Assembly (NCBI GenBank): GCA_001179505.1
Contig: CDMY01000812.1
Span: forward strand, 1-17,881
Length of the DNA stretch: 17,881 nucleotides
Source: Vitrella brassicaformis CCMP3155
Taxonomy: Eukaryota; Protista; Chromerida
Direction of reading: 5' to 3'
A program made the position numbers and the translations under genes. This document shows, piece by piece, positions 1-9,966 of the stretch. How positions within the stretch are numbered: position 1 is the first letter of the stretch; each line of letters opens with the position of its first letter. The notes under the pieces are model-generated. The model did no database searches. It was not told the origin of the DNA and worked only from the letters and a program-made list of their open reading frames with translations.

Positions 1-159
1 GGTGAGTATGACTTCATATATGAGTTGCATGAGATGGAGCAGTGGGTGCTTGACGCTGACTTGTCAGACTAGCACCCACTGCTCCATGGGAAGGGCAGAT
101 AGGCCTTGTGCATGCATTCTGCATGTGCCTGTTGCCTGTTTGGTGTGTGCTGTGGACAG

Positions 160-900
160 AGAAGATGCCTGGTTGCGCCGGAAGGTAGCGCCGGGCTTAG
201 GGACAGGTGTCTCGTCAAACCCTTAACCAACCAACCAACCAACCACATACGCGGAGTTCTGAGAATGCAGTCCGTCTATGCGATAAAAAACTGATACATG
301 CGTGCGAACTCTTTCTTTCGCCTCGATTACGTGTTCGACATCACAATGCTCGCCCCCTCCGTGCCCTATGTGCCACCAGTCGAGATGCGTATGTTCGTCG
401 ACGGCGACAAGCTCAAATACCAGGTCGCGTCTGACGATCATGAGATTGTGACACCATCGGATCTTGGTTTCATCCTTGACCTCCATGGACAACGAATCCA
501 CCTTGGGGAGGGCGTTCAAGTCGAAAAAGACTCAGCACGTAAGCAAGTCAACGAATCATATGCCACAATAGGAGTTCATCCCCGCGTAGGCAGCCATTAC
601 GGTGAGCTCAAATACTCGTTGACTGCTACATGTTTGTTTTGTTTTGACTTCAGGGGAAGCGACCAATGCGGTCAATCACGTTCGCACACAGATCAAGTAC
701 TACGTGGATATTCGTGTCTTCGATGGGAACAGCCCAGACGCAACCTTCACGTAGGTAAAGAGGCAGGAAAAGGATTTGCCACTATATCTGGCTTCACCAG
801 GTACCGAATACCCTTGCTTCCGGTGCCAATGGAGGACACAGTCTCGGCTTTGAATTCCTCATGGACTTAACATCAACGGACAGAGCTTGGATTGTGAAAA
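160..900 (+). pseudogene. Intron-containing glycoside hydrolase family 97 (SusB-like alpha-glucosidase/galactosidase) N-terminal domain, disrupted and truncated; 5' part lies upstream of the window
   Basis: Exons 160-184, 271-601, 654-750, 801-~900, joined by in-phase GT-AG introns (2-159, 185-270, 602-653, 751-800). Spliced peptide ...KLKYQVASDDHEIVTPSDLGFILD...VNESYATIGVHPRVGSHYGEATNAVNHVRTQIKYYVDIRVFDGNSPDATFTYRIP matches the GH97_N pattern as I recall it (Y-x-V...S-x-LG...E-x-Y...G-x-H...HY-x-E...RVF...AFRY-x-x-P). In-frame TGA at 292-294 and TAA at 868-870. A -1 shift near 833 would continue as GHSLGFEFLMDLTSTDRAWI. No catalytic barrel is visible downstream. Confidence 0.8.
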
Positions 901-975
901 AAAAACCGAGACCCCGTGTTTTACAACTTTGGGTTGAGACAACGACGATGTGACAGTACGCACACACGCACAGAG

Positions 976-1152
976 AGAATGGACTGCGTAATACGCCTCA
1001 GAGACTGGCGTTTAAACTTTTATCCTGCTATAAACACAGCATGATGTACAGGATCATTCGCAGATTCAACGGAGTTTTGCAGACCCTGGCATTCCAGAAT
1101 GGACTGCGTAACAGGCCTCAGAGACTGGCGTTTGAACTTTTATCCTGCTATA
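976..1152. repeat. Two 57-bp direct repeats (976-1032, 1096-1152), period 120 bp
   Basis: AGAATGGACTGCGTAA(T/C)A(C/G)GCCTCAGAGACTGGCGTTT(A/G)AACTTTTATCCTGCTATA; 3 mismatches counted by eye. Confidence 0.95.
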
Positions 1153-1216
1153 TGATGAACAACTCTGTGCGCACACCTGTGCATGCACGTTTGGGCTTGG
1201 AGTGTGTGTATATGAT
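1153..1216 (-). repeat. Solo inverted monomer of the minisatellite found at 6538-7414
   Basis: Reverse complement reads ATCATATACACACACTCCAAGCCCAAACGTGCATGCACAGGTGTGCGCACAGAGTTGTTCATCA, matching the array unit. Confidence 0.9.
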
Positions 1217-1637
1217 TTCTCGCCTATCCTTCCGGTACCCTCTCCTCAGTTGCATATGCCCATCTCTGTGTGTGCGTGTGTATTTGCCTCCCTCATTAAT
1301 CGATGCAGTGGTCCTTCCATTACATCTTTTTCGCAATGAGGACTACAGAAGCCCATCATCGCAGCGGGCCGTCATGCGTCGACCGGTTGGGGGAGCCGCT
1401 GGAGCAAGGCAGTGAATTGCAGACTGACCGACGCAACTGTCTATGCAGACATGCCTTTTCTGTCTGTCAATGTGATCGAGCCGTGCTTTCTGCCGCCTTT
1501 GTGTCTGCGTGTGCATTTTTATATGTCCCTCCTCTCATCCATGTATGGTGCGCTGCCAGATGCCCATCGTCCACTGTGGTGACTGACGTGGTTCGTTCAT
1601 CGATTTTTGTGCAGAATATAGAGTACCAAATGACCTT

Positions 1638-1723
1638 AACAGAAGTGTGGCATAATACATGCTTATGTCGTACGTGTCGTAACAGAAGTGCGGCATAATA
1701 CATGCTTATGTCGTGCGTGTCGT
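1638..1723. repeat. 43-bp tandem duplication (2 copies)
   Basis: AACAGAAGTG(T/C)GGCATAATACATGCTTATGTCGT(A/G)CGTGTCGT at 1638-1680 and 1681-1723; 2 mismatches. Confidence 0.95.
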
Positions 1724-2064
1724 GATGAGATGTGTGTGTGTGTAGAGTTCTCGCAATGTGTCGGCAGCAAGCAGGCGCATGTACTATGTATTTATGTGGG
1801 GATGGCTTGCTTACTAAGAGATAAGTGAGGCAGGCAGAAATCGATCTTTTCCTCTCTCAGTCTCTCTCGACAGAATGAACGCAGATACATACATAAATCG
1901 ACATACATGCATACAGGTACGCATATAGGGGTACGCAATAGCAATTGACGAGAGGAAATCTCTGGAGCCCCTAAATGCAATGAATAAGACGCGTGTACAA
2001 TATCGCCTTTCTGTGCTAGGTACATATCAGCGTGCCACGTATGCACAGAAGGCTGCACTGCATC

Positions 2065-2642
2065 ATGCAACTATTTGGCATCATCGGTCGCCTCCTGCTA
2101 CTGCTGGGTGCGCTTGTGCTGCAGCTGGTCCATTGTCAATATGGTGCTGAGGTGGACTGCGGATCATTCTGTTGCAAGTACGGCACTTGCAAGAGGGAGA
2201 TGATCCATGGAAGCTACGAGATCAAATCGAGGTATTGCCGCTCCCATGGGCCGTGCTTTCCCGATGATCTTGATGTGCCGATGAAATGCCTCAAGCCGTG
2301 TTTCCCCGAACTACAGCGTGTGCGCGAGTCGTCGGATTATGGTACGGCGCCTGAAGGTAAGTAACGAGAGAGGCAACGGATCAAAGGACTTGCGTCTATA
2401 TGTCTGTCTTCTTCTGCCTGGATGGAGCGGTTTCAGGGAGTACCCTAGGCGGCCTGACGGCCAAGTCCTGTGTCGTCTGTCCCAACATGCAGACACGCAC
2501 CCTAACATGCAACACAGACACGCAACACGCAGCACGCACAGGGCAGAAGCAGCAAACAGGTGGATATGCAATGCGCTGCGAACGACGGCAACATATGAGC
2601 GGGCACATAACGACGCACACACATGCCGCCCCGGTGGACTGA
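2065..2642 (+). CDS. Small secreted cysteine-rich protein of unknown family; 3' part probably replaced by retroelement-derived sequence
   Basis: ATG at 2065 starts a signal-peptide-like MQLFGIIGRLLLLLGALVLQLVHC. Eight Cys follow in exon 1 (2065-2356). Intron 2357-2436 (GTAAGT...TTTCAG) joins in phase to exon 2 GSTLGGLTAKSCVVCPNMQ..., which becomes low-complexity and stops at 2640-2642. Confidence 0.6.
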
Positions 2643-3395
2643 AAGCGGCGTGCGTGCGTGCTGCACCATGGCTCCATACGTACACACCGCCCATCCCAGG
2701 TGGCCAGCCAGTGCAGATCGACCAGTCACACCCAAATACGCCCTTAACACAACCGCCCACGGGGAGATGACGGTGCATGAAAGTCGACCGCACCGCCGCC
2801 CCAGGCTCCACGGCGGAGAGGGGCGGCAGGCGGTCGACTCGTAGACAACCACAGAGCACGCCCATGCACGTATCACCGCAGGGAAAACCACAAGGGAGGC
2901 AAGACACACACGCAGACCAGACGCGACCGGACGCCATGCCGGCACACCCACCCCACGCTACACGCCCTCACAGGAATACCAATAGTTCACATGCACACCC
3001 ACACCCACCCACCCACACACGCACACACACCCACACGCAGGCACATGGAAGTCACAGCGTGGCGAGCAAAAGACCTAGTGGGGTGAGTAGGGGCCCCTCC
3101 CCCAGACCTCGTCTCTGGGGAAGGGGCGGATGAATGGTGCGGCGGCCTCACTCTTACCGCGCACCGTCAGAGCACACTCACGCCTGACTGCACACGACAA
3201 GAGGGCCCACCATCGGGCCACGACATAGCCCGTCGAGAAATCCCTGTCGTCCCTATAGTGAGCTTCCTTCACTGCCTTGCCTAGCTTGTGCAAAAAGGTC
3301 TCCATAGTCGAAGACCAGCGGCCATACGACTCAAGGCCAAAGGCAAAAACGTGTACCCCCCCCGCGCGCAGGCGACGGCATACAGAGCAAGCCAC
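2500..3395 (-). mobile_element. 5'-truncated non-LTR retrotransposon fragment (restriction-like endonuclease type, CRE/R2-like): ORF C-terminus plus presumed 3' UTR
   Basis: Minus ORF 3395-3075 (AGGVHVFAFGLESYGRWSSTMETFLHKLGKAVKE...VVARWWALLSCAVRRECALTV) fits the motif after the RLE K-x-x-KY segment: F-x-P/A-F-x-x-E-x-x-G-x-W...L-x-x-L...W...LS-x-A-x-x-R. The downstream stretch is GT-rich and non-coding-like. The boundary near 2500 is approximate. No poly(A) or TSD seen. Confidence 0.7.
2782..2839. other. 58-nt GC-rich stem-loop in the presumed retroelement 3' UTR
   Basis: AGTCGACCGC (2782-2791) pairs with GCGGTCGACT (2830-2839); GCCGCCCC (2795-2802) with GGGGCGGC (2820-2827); CTCC (2806-2809) with GGAG (2815-2818); 5-nt loop. 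Confidence 0.85.
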
Positions 3396-3474
3396 TATCG
3401 AAGTGAACGAGAGCTCATGCCACCTGGAGCTGGTTACTTATCCAAGGAAAAACCTCACGGGCTTCAACGAGTGG

Positions 3475-5926
3475 ATGAATGACCCTCAATTCAGCGGCGA
3501 CCTCAGCACGGCGATGGCAGAGGAGGCTCGTGACCCCACCATGGATAGTGTCGTCTGGGGATACGTCGCCCTCTTCGTCATCCTCCTTGTCGTTACGTTG
3601 AGTTCGGACTACTCTTATCTACATCACTACCGACGCTTCTTCCTCTGGCCGCTCCTCTCGATCATTCTCAATGTCGTGCTCGCCGTCGCTCTTTGTCAAT
3701 ATGATCATCGGAGGTGGTACGAAAGGAAAGTCGGGGAGCCGATTGCTGTGAGGTTGACTTTGGAGCGTCTCAACGACACGAGCCTGCCGCTACTCCTGCC
3801 CGACACGCACACGTGGAAAAGAGGCTTCAAATGGATCATTCGGGATTGCGACCGTGCGCGCGAACTACTGAGCATGCTTGGCTCGACGTCTATCAACGTT
3901 GTGGTGCTGACGTTCTCTGTGNNNNNNNNNNNNNNNNNNNNNNNNNNNNNNNNNNNNNNNNNNNNNNNNNNNNNNNNNNNNNNNNNNNNNNNNNNNNNNN
4001 NNNNNNNNNNNNNNNNNNNNNNNNNNNNNNNNNNNNNNNNNNNNNNNNNNNNNNNNNNNNNNNNNNNNNNNNNNNNNNNNNNNNNNNNNNNNNNNNNNNN
4101 NNNNNNNNNNNNNNNNNNNNNNNNNNNNNNNNNNNNNNNNNNNNNNNNNNNNNNNNNNNNNNNNNNNNNNNNNNNNNNNNNNNNNNNNNNNNNNNNNNNN
4201 NNNNNNNNNNNNNNNNNNNNNGTCCGTGCAGTGTGTTCATCGGCTTCTTTGCGTACTGCATGACGGTCACTTTCTTCGTGGGAGGCGAGGCGCCGGGAGA
4301 GCAGGAGGAAGACCCCTTTACACCTGAGTGGGCCGTGGATATGCTGGGATTTTGTAAGCAAGCTTCAGCAGGGGGGACAAACAGGGAGAATAGAAGTGTT
4401 TGCATGCTGTTTCCCTCGCAGATAGCATTATTCTGATATGGGTGCTGATTTACTTCATGCACAAGTATGCATGTGTGTGTGAGTTGAGACAAGCAGGGGA
4501 TCCTGTATGTGCATTGTTCTTGGTGTCTTCAGCTTCCTTTGTGGTCTTCACCTGCAGCACATCCTTCGCCAAATCGCCGAGGAAAACAAGCAGTCATTGC
4601 GCGAGGCCGACTGGTCGCGGTTGGAGGATCCATGCCATTGGGTTACAAAGATCGCGCTTCACTTCAGGAAGAGTGCGAAGAAGTCCTTCAAAATGCGGAC
4701 GGTCGAGCAGCCGCGAGAAAGCGATGAGACCGAGCCATTTTATGAGTTCGATCCTGGACATCGAGATGCCGTCCTTGCAAAGCGCTCTGGCTACATCAGA
4801 TCAGCGGACCTACAATCGCTGGCTCACCAGCTGCGTCATGAGCGGCCGCCTCTTCAGCTATGCTTTAGCGGTCGTGTCATGGTGGGCACATTCATCACAG
4901 AGGGAACAGTACTGGTAAGTGAATGACTATGTGCTTTGCTCATCGCTCTACTGCCCTTACTTGATATGATGCACGTAGGCGTGAATGCGAGTGCATCCGG
5001 AGAGCGAGAGTTGAGTGCGAGTCCAGCCGAGATGGCCACTGGTAAGCACCATGTGAGCGACGAGCAGCTGCGTCGAGTGACAAGGATGGTGAATCGGGCC
5101 CTCCGTGTGAGTACGGAAGACCACGGTGGCGAAAACATCTCATTCGGACGTGCGAGACGGACTGGCCGACAGAGAGACCAGACAGATGAAAGACAGCACA
5201 CGGCTGGCTACGTGGCTTGTCTTCTGCCTTCCTGATTGATGTGTGTTGCGATGCGGTCAGTTCGTGAGATTACGGAGATTGCGGTCCGTGTCACGACTTC
5301 ATCAGTCAACGACCCACACGCAGCGGTCGTGCCATCGCTCGCATCAGCGAGCTCTTCAAGGACTTCGTACGCAACAAGCCCATCGTCACTTCATCAGAAT
5401 CGGCGGCGTAAGTGCGCCCATGCGAGAAGAGCAGAGACGACATGCACTGTCTGTGCTTTCTGTCTATAAATCTTGTGCGTGCATGTGTGTGTGTGTGTAT
5501 GCTTAGAAACTCTACGTCACAATGCGCTCATGGACGTTCGAAGAACTACTCGCCATGTCCATGCACAGCCTGCGATTCTAGTGCCAGAAAGACCTGTTCG
5601 TCACGATGCGCCTGATCGACATGCTTGCTGATCTCGGCTTCATTTGCATTCAAGGCAAGAATGGGCGGATTGCTACGCCCACCGGCTCATCACTAGCAAG
5701 CCCAGACGGGTTCAAAAAGCGGCTGTCCATCGTCAGGACTCATGTCAATGAGCTCACCAAAGATGCGCGCAGCCATTACAATAATGAGAACAGCACCGAA
5801 AGAAGGGAGATTGATCGAGCTCGCGATCGGGCGCGGGATCTCATGAGGGACGAACAGTCAAGCTCAACGATAGCACATGCTAGGGTCCTGTCCATGTCAA
5901 CAAGAAGGGTTTTGTCCTTTGCATAA
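3475..5926 (+). pseudogene. DUF2254-family predicted membrane protein, multi-exon, disrupted by stops and frameshifts
   Basis: Exons ~3475-3921(gap), 4232-4353, 4422-4464, 4533-4914, 4979-5149, 5261-5407, 5507-5926 with phase-consistent GT-AG introns. Motifs ARELLSMLGSTSINVVVLTFSV, VFIGFFAYCM, LIYFMH, AKRSGYIRSADL, GTFITEGTVL, FGLREITEIAVR...VNDPHAA, MRLIDMLADL follow the DUF2254 order as I recall it (AR..LS.IAGS, FIGTF.Y, LIYFIH, SGYIQ.ID, G.FV..G.PL, FG..QL.EIA.RALSP..NDP.TA). Lesions: TGA 4982-4984, -1 shifts near 5008, 5329 and 5382, TAG 5579-5581. Start codon uncertain (3475, 3514 or further upstream). Confidence 0.8.
3922..4221. other. Assembly gap (300 N)
   Basis: Run of N interrupting the DUF2254 gene. 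Confidence 1.
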
Positions 5927-6189
5927 ATGGCGTGTGTTTCCCACGGGTTTCTGTCGGTGCTCTCGTTTTGACACATTGTGTGTCTTTTTTCCATCTGTCT
6001 GAATGGGCATCCAATCGGGAGCCTTGGTGCTTGCTCGCTTGCTTGTGAAGTGCAGGTTGTGTCTGTCTGTGTGTCTGTGTTTTGGCGACCTCATGTGTGT
6101 GTATACATGTGTGGGCGGGCTGCCGTTCCTCGACTTGAGTACGCGTCGTTCAATCAGTAAGACAGTGTGTGAGGTGTCGCGTCATGTCG

Positions 6190-6489
6190 NNNNNNNNNNN
6201 NNNNNNNNNNNNNNNNNNNNNNNNNNNNNNNNNNNNNNNNNNNNNNNNNNNNNNNNNNNNNNNNNNNNNNNNNNNNNNNNNNNNNNNNNNNNNNNNNNNN
6301 NNNNNNNNNNNNNNNNNNNNNNNNNNNNNNNNNNNNNNNNNNNNNNNNNNNNNNNNNNNNNNNNNNNNNNNNNNNNNNNNNNNNNNNNNNNNNNNNNNNN
6401 NNNNNNNNNNNNNNNNNNNNNNNNNNNNNNNNNNNNNNNNNNNNNNNNNNNNNNNNNNNNNNNNNNNNNNNNNNNNNNNNNNNNNNNNN
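6190..6489. other. Assembly gap (300 N) flanked by an identical 37-bp overlap
   Basis: ATCAGTAAGACAGTGTGTGAGGTGTCGCGTCATGTCG at both 6153-6189 and 6490-6526. Confidence 1.
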
Positions 6490-6537
6490 ATCAGTAAGAC
6501 AGTGTGTGAGGTGTCGCGTCATGTCGCACGTGTGCCT

Positions 6538-7414
6538 CAGAGACAGAGACATTCATCACATACACTCACTCCAAGTCCAAACGTGCATGCGCAAGTTGCG
6601 CGGACCGAGACATTCATCATATACACACACACACACGCGCGCGCGCTCCAAGTCGACGCGTGCATGCGCAGGTGTGCGCACAGAGACAGAGACATTCATC
6701 ACATACACTCACTCCAAGTCCAAACGTGCATGCCCAAGTTGCGCGTACCGAGACATTCATCATACACACACACACACACACACGCGCGCTCCAAGGCGAC
6801 GCGTGCATGCGCAGGTGTGCATACCGAGACATTCATCAGATACATACACTCCAAGTCCAAACGCGCATGTGTAGGTGTACGCATGTGTAGGTGTGCGTAC
6901 AGAGACGTTCATCAGATGCACAGCCCTCCAAGCCCAAACGTGCATGCACCTGCACAGGGCGACATTCCTTATATACACACCCCAAGTCCAAACGTGCATG
7001 CGCAGGTGTCCAAGCCGACACGTGTATGCAAAGTGTGCATTCATCACATACACACACTCCAAGTCCAAACGTGCATGCGCAGGTATGCGCATAGAGACAT
7101 TCATCATATACACAGACAATCCAAGTCGACGCGCGCATGCGCAGATATGCGCACAGAGACATTCATCAGCTACACACACTCCAAGTCCAAAGGTGCATGC
7201 GCAAGAGTGCGCAAGTGTGCGCACAGAGACATTCCTTATACACACACACTCCAAGTCGACGCGTGCATGCGCAGGTGTGCGCACAGAGACAGAGACATTC
7301 ATCACATACACTCACTCCAAGTCCAAACGTGCATGCGCAAGTTGCGCGTACCGAGACATTCATCGTACACACACACACACACGCTCCAAGGCGACGCGTG
7401 CATGCGCAGGTGCG
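6538..7414 (+). repeat. Minisatellite array, about 14 diverged units of ~60-75 bp, with a dimeric higher-order repeat
   Basis: Recurrent unit GAGACATTCATCA-(CA)n-CTCCAAG(T/G)C(C/G)A(A)ACG(C)GTGCATGCGCA(A/G)GT(G/T)TGCGC. A near-identical two-unit block starts at 6538, 6681 and 7284. Confidence 0.95.
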
Positions 7415-8037
7415 CGGCAGCCTCCTGCGCGCCGCGCCAGCCCCCCCATCCAACACTCGATTGACAGACCGGCAGACAGACAGACAGACAGATAGATCCA
7501 TTCTTGATATTTCTTACATGGCCGCCCCCGTCCCTCGTTTCTTCTCAACTGACGTACGTACGCTTCCATGGTGTCCGTCTGTCCACGCCCAAGGCAGACA
7601 GACACCATGCAAGCGAGCCAACAAACCACCAACGAAGCGGACAGTCCATCGCAGAGCAGCACGCAGCACAACACATTCATGAAAGAGGAAGAGCACGGCA
7701 TCCACAACGGACGGCAGGGGAACAAGGGAAAGGCCGCGACTGAATAGGGGCGGGGAAAAATAAACCTAGATAGCACGATGCATCATAGAGAGAAAAGAAT
7801 GAGGGGAGAAAGCATGTAGAAAAGCAAAGAACGTGATACCATGCGTGCATATGCGTGTCCACAGGAAAAAGAAAAGGCTCACAGGCAGACAGGCAGACAG
7901 GCAGACAGGGAGGACACAGGCGCATTTGTGGACCGCATGGACGAGCAAAAACAACCGTCGACCAAGAGAGCAAAAGAGGAAAGCGGGAAGGGCGTGTTTC
8001 TTACAGAGAATTAAAAGACACAGACACAGAGACATGC

Positions 8038-9966
8038 ATACATCCATCTGGCAAGAATACACCAAGAACGCACCCTTCTCGTCATAAAATGACATCGAAT
8101 TCATTCATCCACACATGCACACACCATACAGATCCGAAAAAGACTTACAGCCAGTCATGACCACCACGGACAATCGGGCGCGCAGAGAGAGACCCCAGTG
8201 CTGCGAACAAAAACAATGGGGTGCTGGGCTACGACAACAACAATCACGAATGTCACTCACCTATCCATCGGCCTTGGCTTGTGCAGGCAATGCAATGCTC
8301 CATGTGATGCGATGCACTAAATGGCGGCCGCTCCCCACGCCACGCCGTAGCTACCACGTCACGTCGTGTACGTCGCACTCCGCACAGGCAGGATCCATCG
8401 ACTGACCTATCCCTTCCTCCCTCCCTCCCTCCCTCCCGTCTTCCCTGCGTCTCCTCTGCCATCGGCAGAGAGTAAGGACGCACACACGCACGCACGAACC
8501 GACCGAAGACCGAAGACAGAATGCACGCAGGAAATTAGGCCAGGGAGCTTAGCTCGGCTCAGTCAGAGACGCATGCAGCGTGACAGAGCGATAGAGGATG
8601 TCTCTCTCTCTCTCTCTCTCTCTCCGATCAATCACTAAAGGGATTGGTGTCATGGCAAGTAGACAGGCGGGAAGGAAGGGAGGAAGACACAAGCGAAGTG
8701 ACATGGTGCGATGCGATGATGCCATAGGACGGAGAAAAACGATAAGGCAAAGGCCGCCATAGACCCTCTCGCCCCCCTCCCATCGCTCTCTCTCTCTTGT
8801 CTGTGTGTGTGTGTGTGTGTGTGATATGTAGTGGCACGAAATCAGTCATTGATCAGTAGGTGGGCTGGGGGCACGCATCCATGCAAAGGTGGGATAGGGG
8901 TAACCGACACAACAGCCAAAGTGGATAAGAAAAAACCCTCTGTGCGTGTGTGTGTGTGTGTGTATTCAAAACCTCCATTCCCGTCATATCTGACCCAATG
9001 ATCGGGGGAAGCTAGAAAAGGTTACCACTCACCGTTGAAAGCAAGCCATGGCAAGCGTATGTGCATGCTCTCTCCCTCCCTGACTTTTCTCCCCTTCCCT
9101 TTCTCTGTGAATGGAATGTGTGTGTGCACGTGGCAAGACAATTACCCCATCGTGAATTATGGATGTGCATGCAGCAATACAGTGACATCTGTATGTGTGT
9201 ATGTATCTGGCATGCAAGCAGCCATCCATCCATCGTCATACATACACACAGACATACACGCATACGACCGGATCGTGGCTTGCGGCGAATCGTATGCGTG
9301 TATCATTGCCTGTGACCGGCATCGCATCATCCCTTGCATGTATGTATGTATGTGTGCATGTATGTGTGTATGCATGCAGCGAAAAACTGCCACTGCCATG
9401 CAATACACGACCAGGCGAGTTACCAGCAGCCAGTAGCCATAATTGTGATCCGTGGATGTGTGTGTATACATGCGTGTGTAAGTAAGGAAACGAGAATCGT
9501 ACCCCTCACTCCCCGTCCCTGTGCCATGTGTATATACCCTGCGCCCCACACCAATCCATCCATCCACACATCGCATAACACGAGCACAAACAGAGAATCT
9601 GGCAAACAAAAACAACATCAAACACAGACGGAAAGCACAAGCAGCAATGGAGGGAGCCGACCGACAGAACACATAGGTGCACATCGCATGCAAGCAAGAG
9701 GGCGAGGTTATAAGAGGCCACCGCCAGTACTAGTAGCCTGTTAGCCGACGGGTGAGTGGGTTGGACACACAGATCCACCGGCAGACAGACAGGCAGGTAG
9801 ACAGATGGACGTGAACAGCAACATTCACTGACGACAGAGGGTGACAAGCAAGAGAGCCAGCGACGAGACAGCCAGGCATTTCAATAGGCCAACCACAGAC
9901 ACGAACTTACCCAATCGACGCATGTAGTGCATCCCCACCCATCCGCATCTGTCTGTCTATCCATCC
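8038..9966 (+). repeat. Copy 1 of a ~1.9 kb near-identical duplication; microsatellite-rich, apparently non-coding
   Basis: Collinear with 10267-12163; ends exactly at the gap edge. Confidence 0.95.

Noticed and set aside
976-1152. Repeat-spacer-repeat layout resembling CRISPR
   Set aside because: Only two repeats, too long (57 bp), eukaryotic context, no cas genes.
1312-1410. Exon-like segment after a good acceptor (...GATGCAG|TGGTCC...)
   Set aside because: No frame gives a recognisable peptide and I cannot link it to GH97 or any other gene.
2500-2506. Single CCCTAA (TTAGGG) telomere-like hexamer
   Set aside because: One copy only; expected by chance.
2311-3133. Several 100-200 aa ORFs on both strands
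   Set aside because: Low-complexity GC-rich frames over the presumed retroelement 3' UTR; no recognisable domain.
3277-3400. 5' part of the 328-aa plus ORF as the true DUF2254 N-terminus
   Set aside because: It is the antisense of the retrotransposon ORF, so probably not native coding sequence.
292-4984. TGA at positions where Trp is plausible (KN*YM at 292, VLA*M at 4982), suggesting UGA=Trp recoding
   Set aside because: These genes use TGG for other Trp codons, also contain a TAG at a likely Tyr site and frameshifts, and TGA appears to act as a stop elsewhere. TGG>TGA decay is simpler.
6169-7682. Long His/Thr/Cys/Arg-rich ORFs on both strands, including the 431-aa one
   Set aside because: They are translations of the minisatellite and of N runs.
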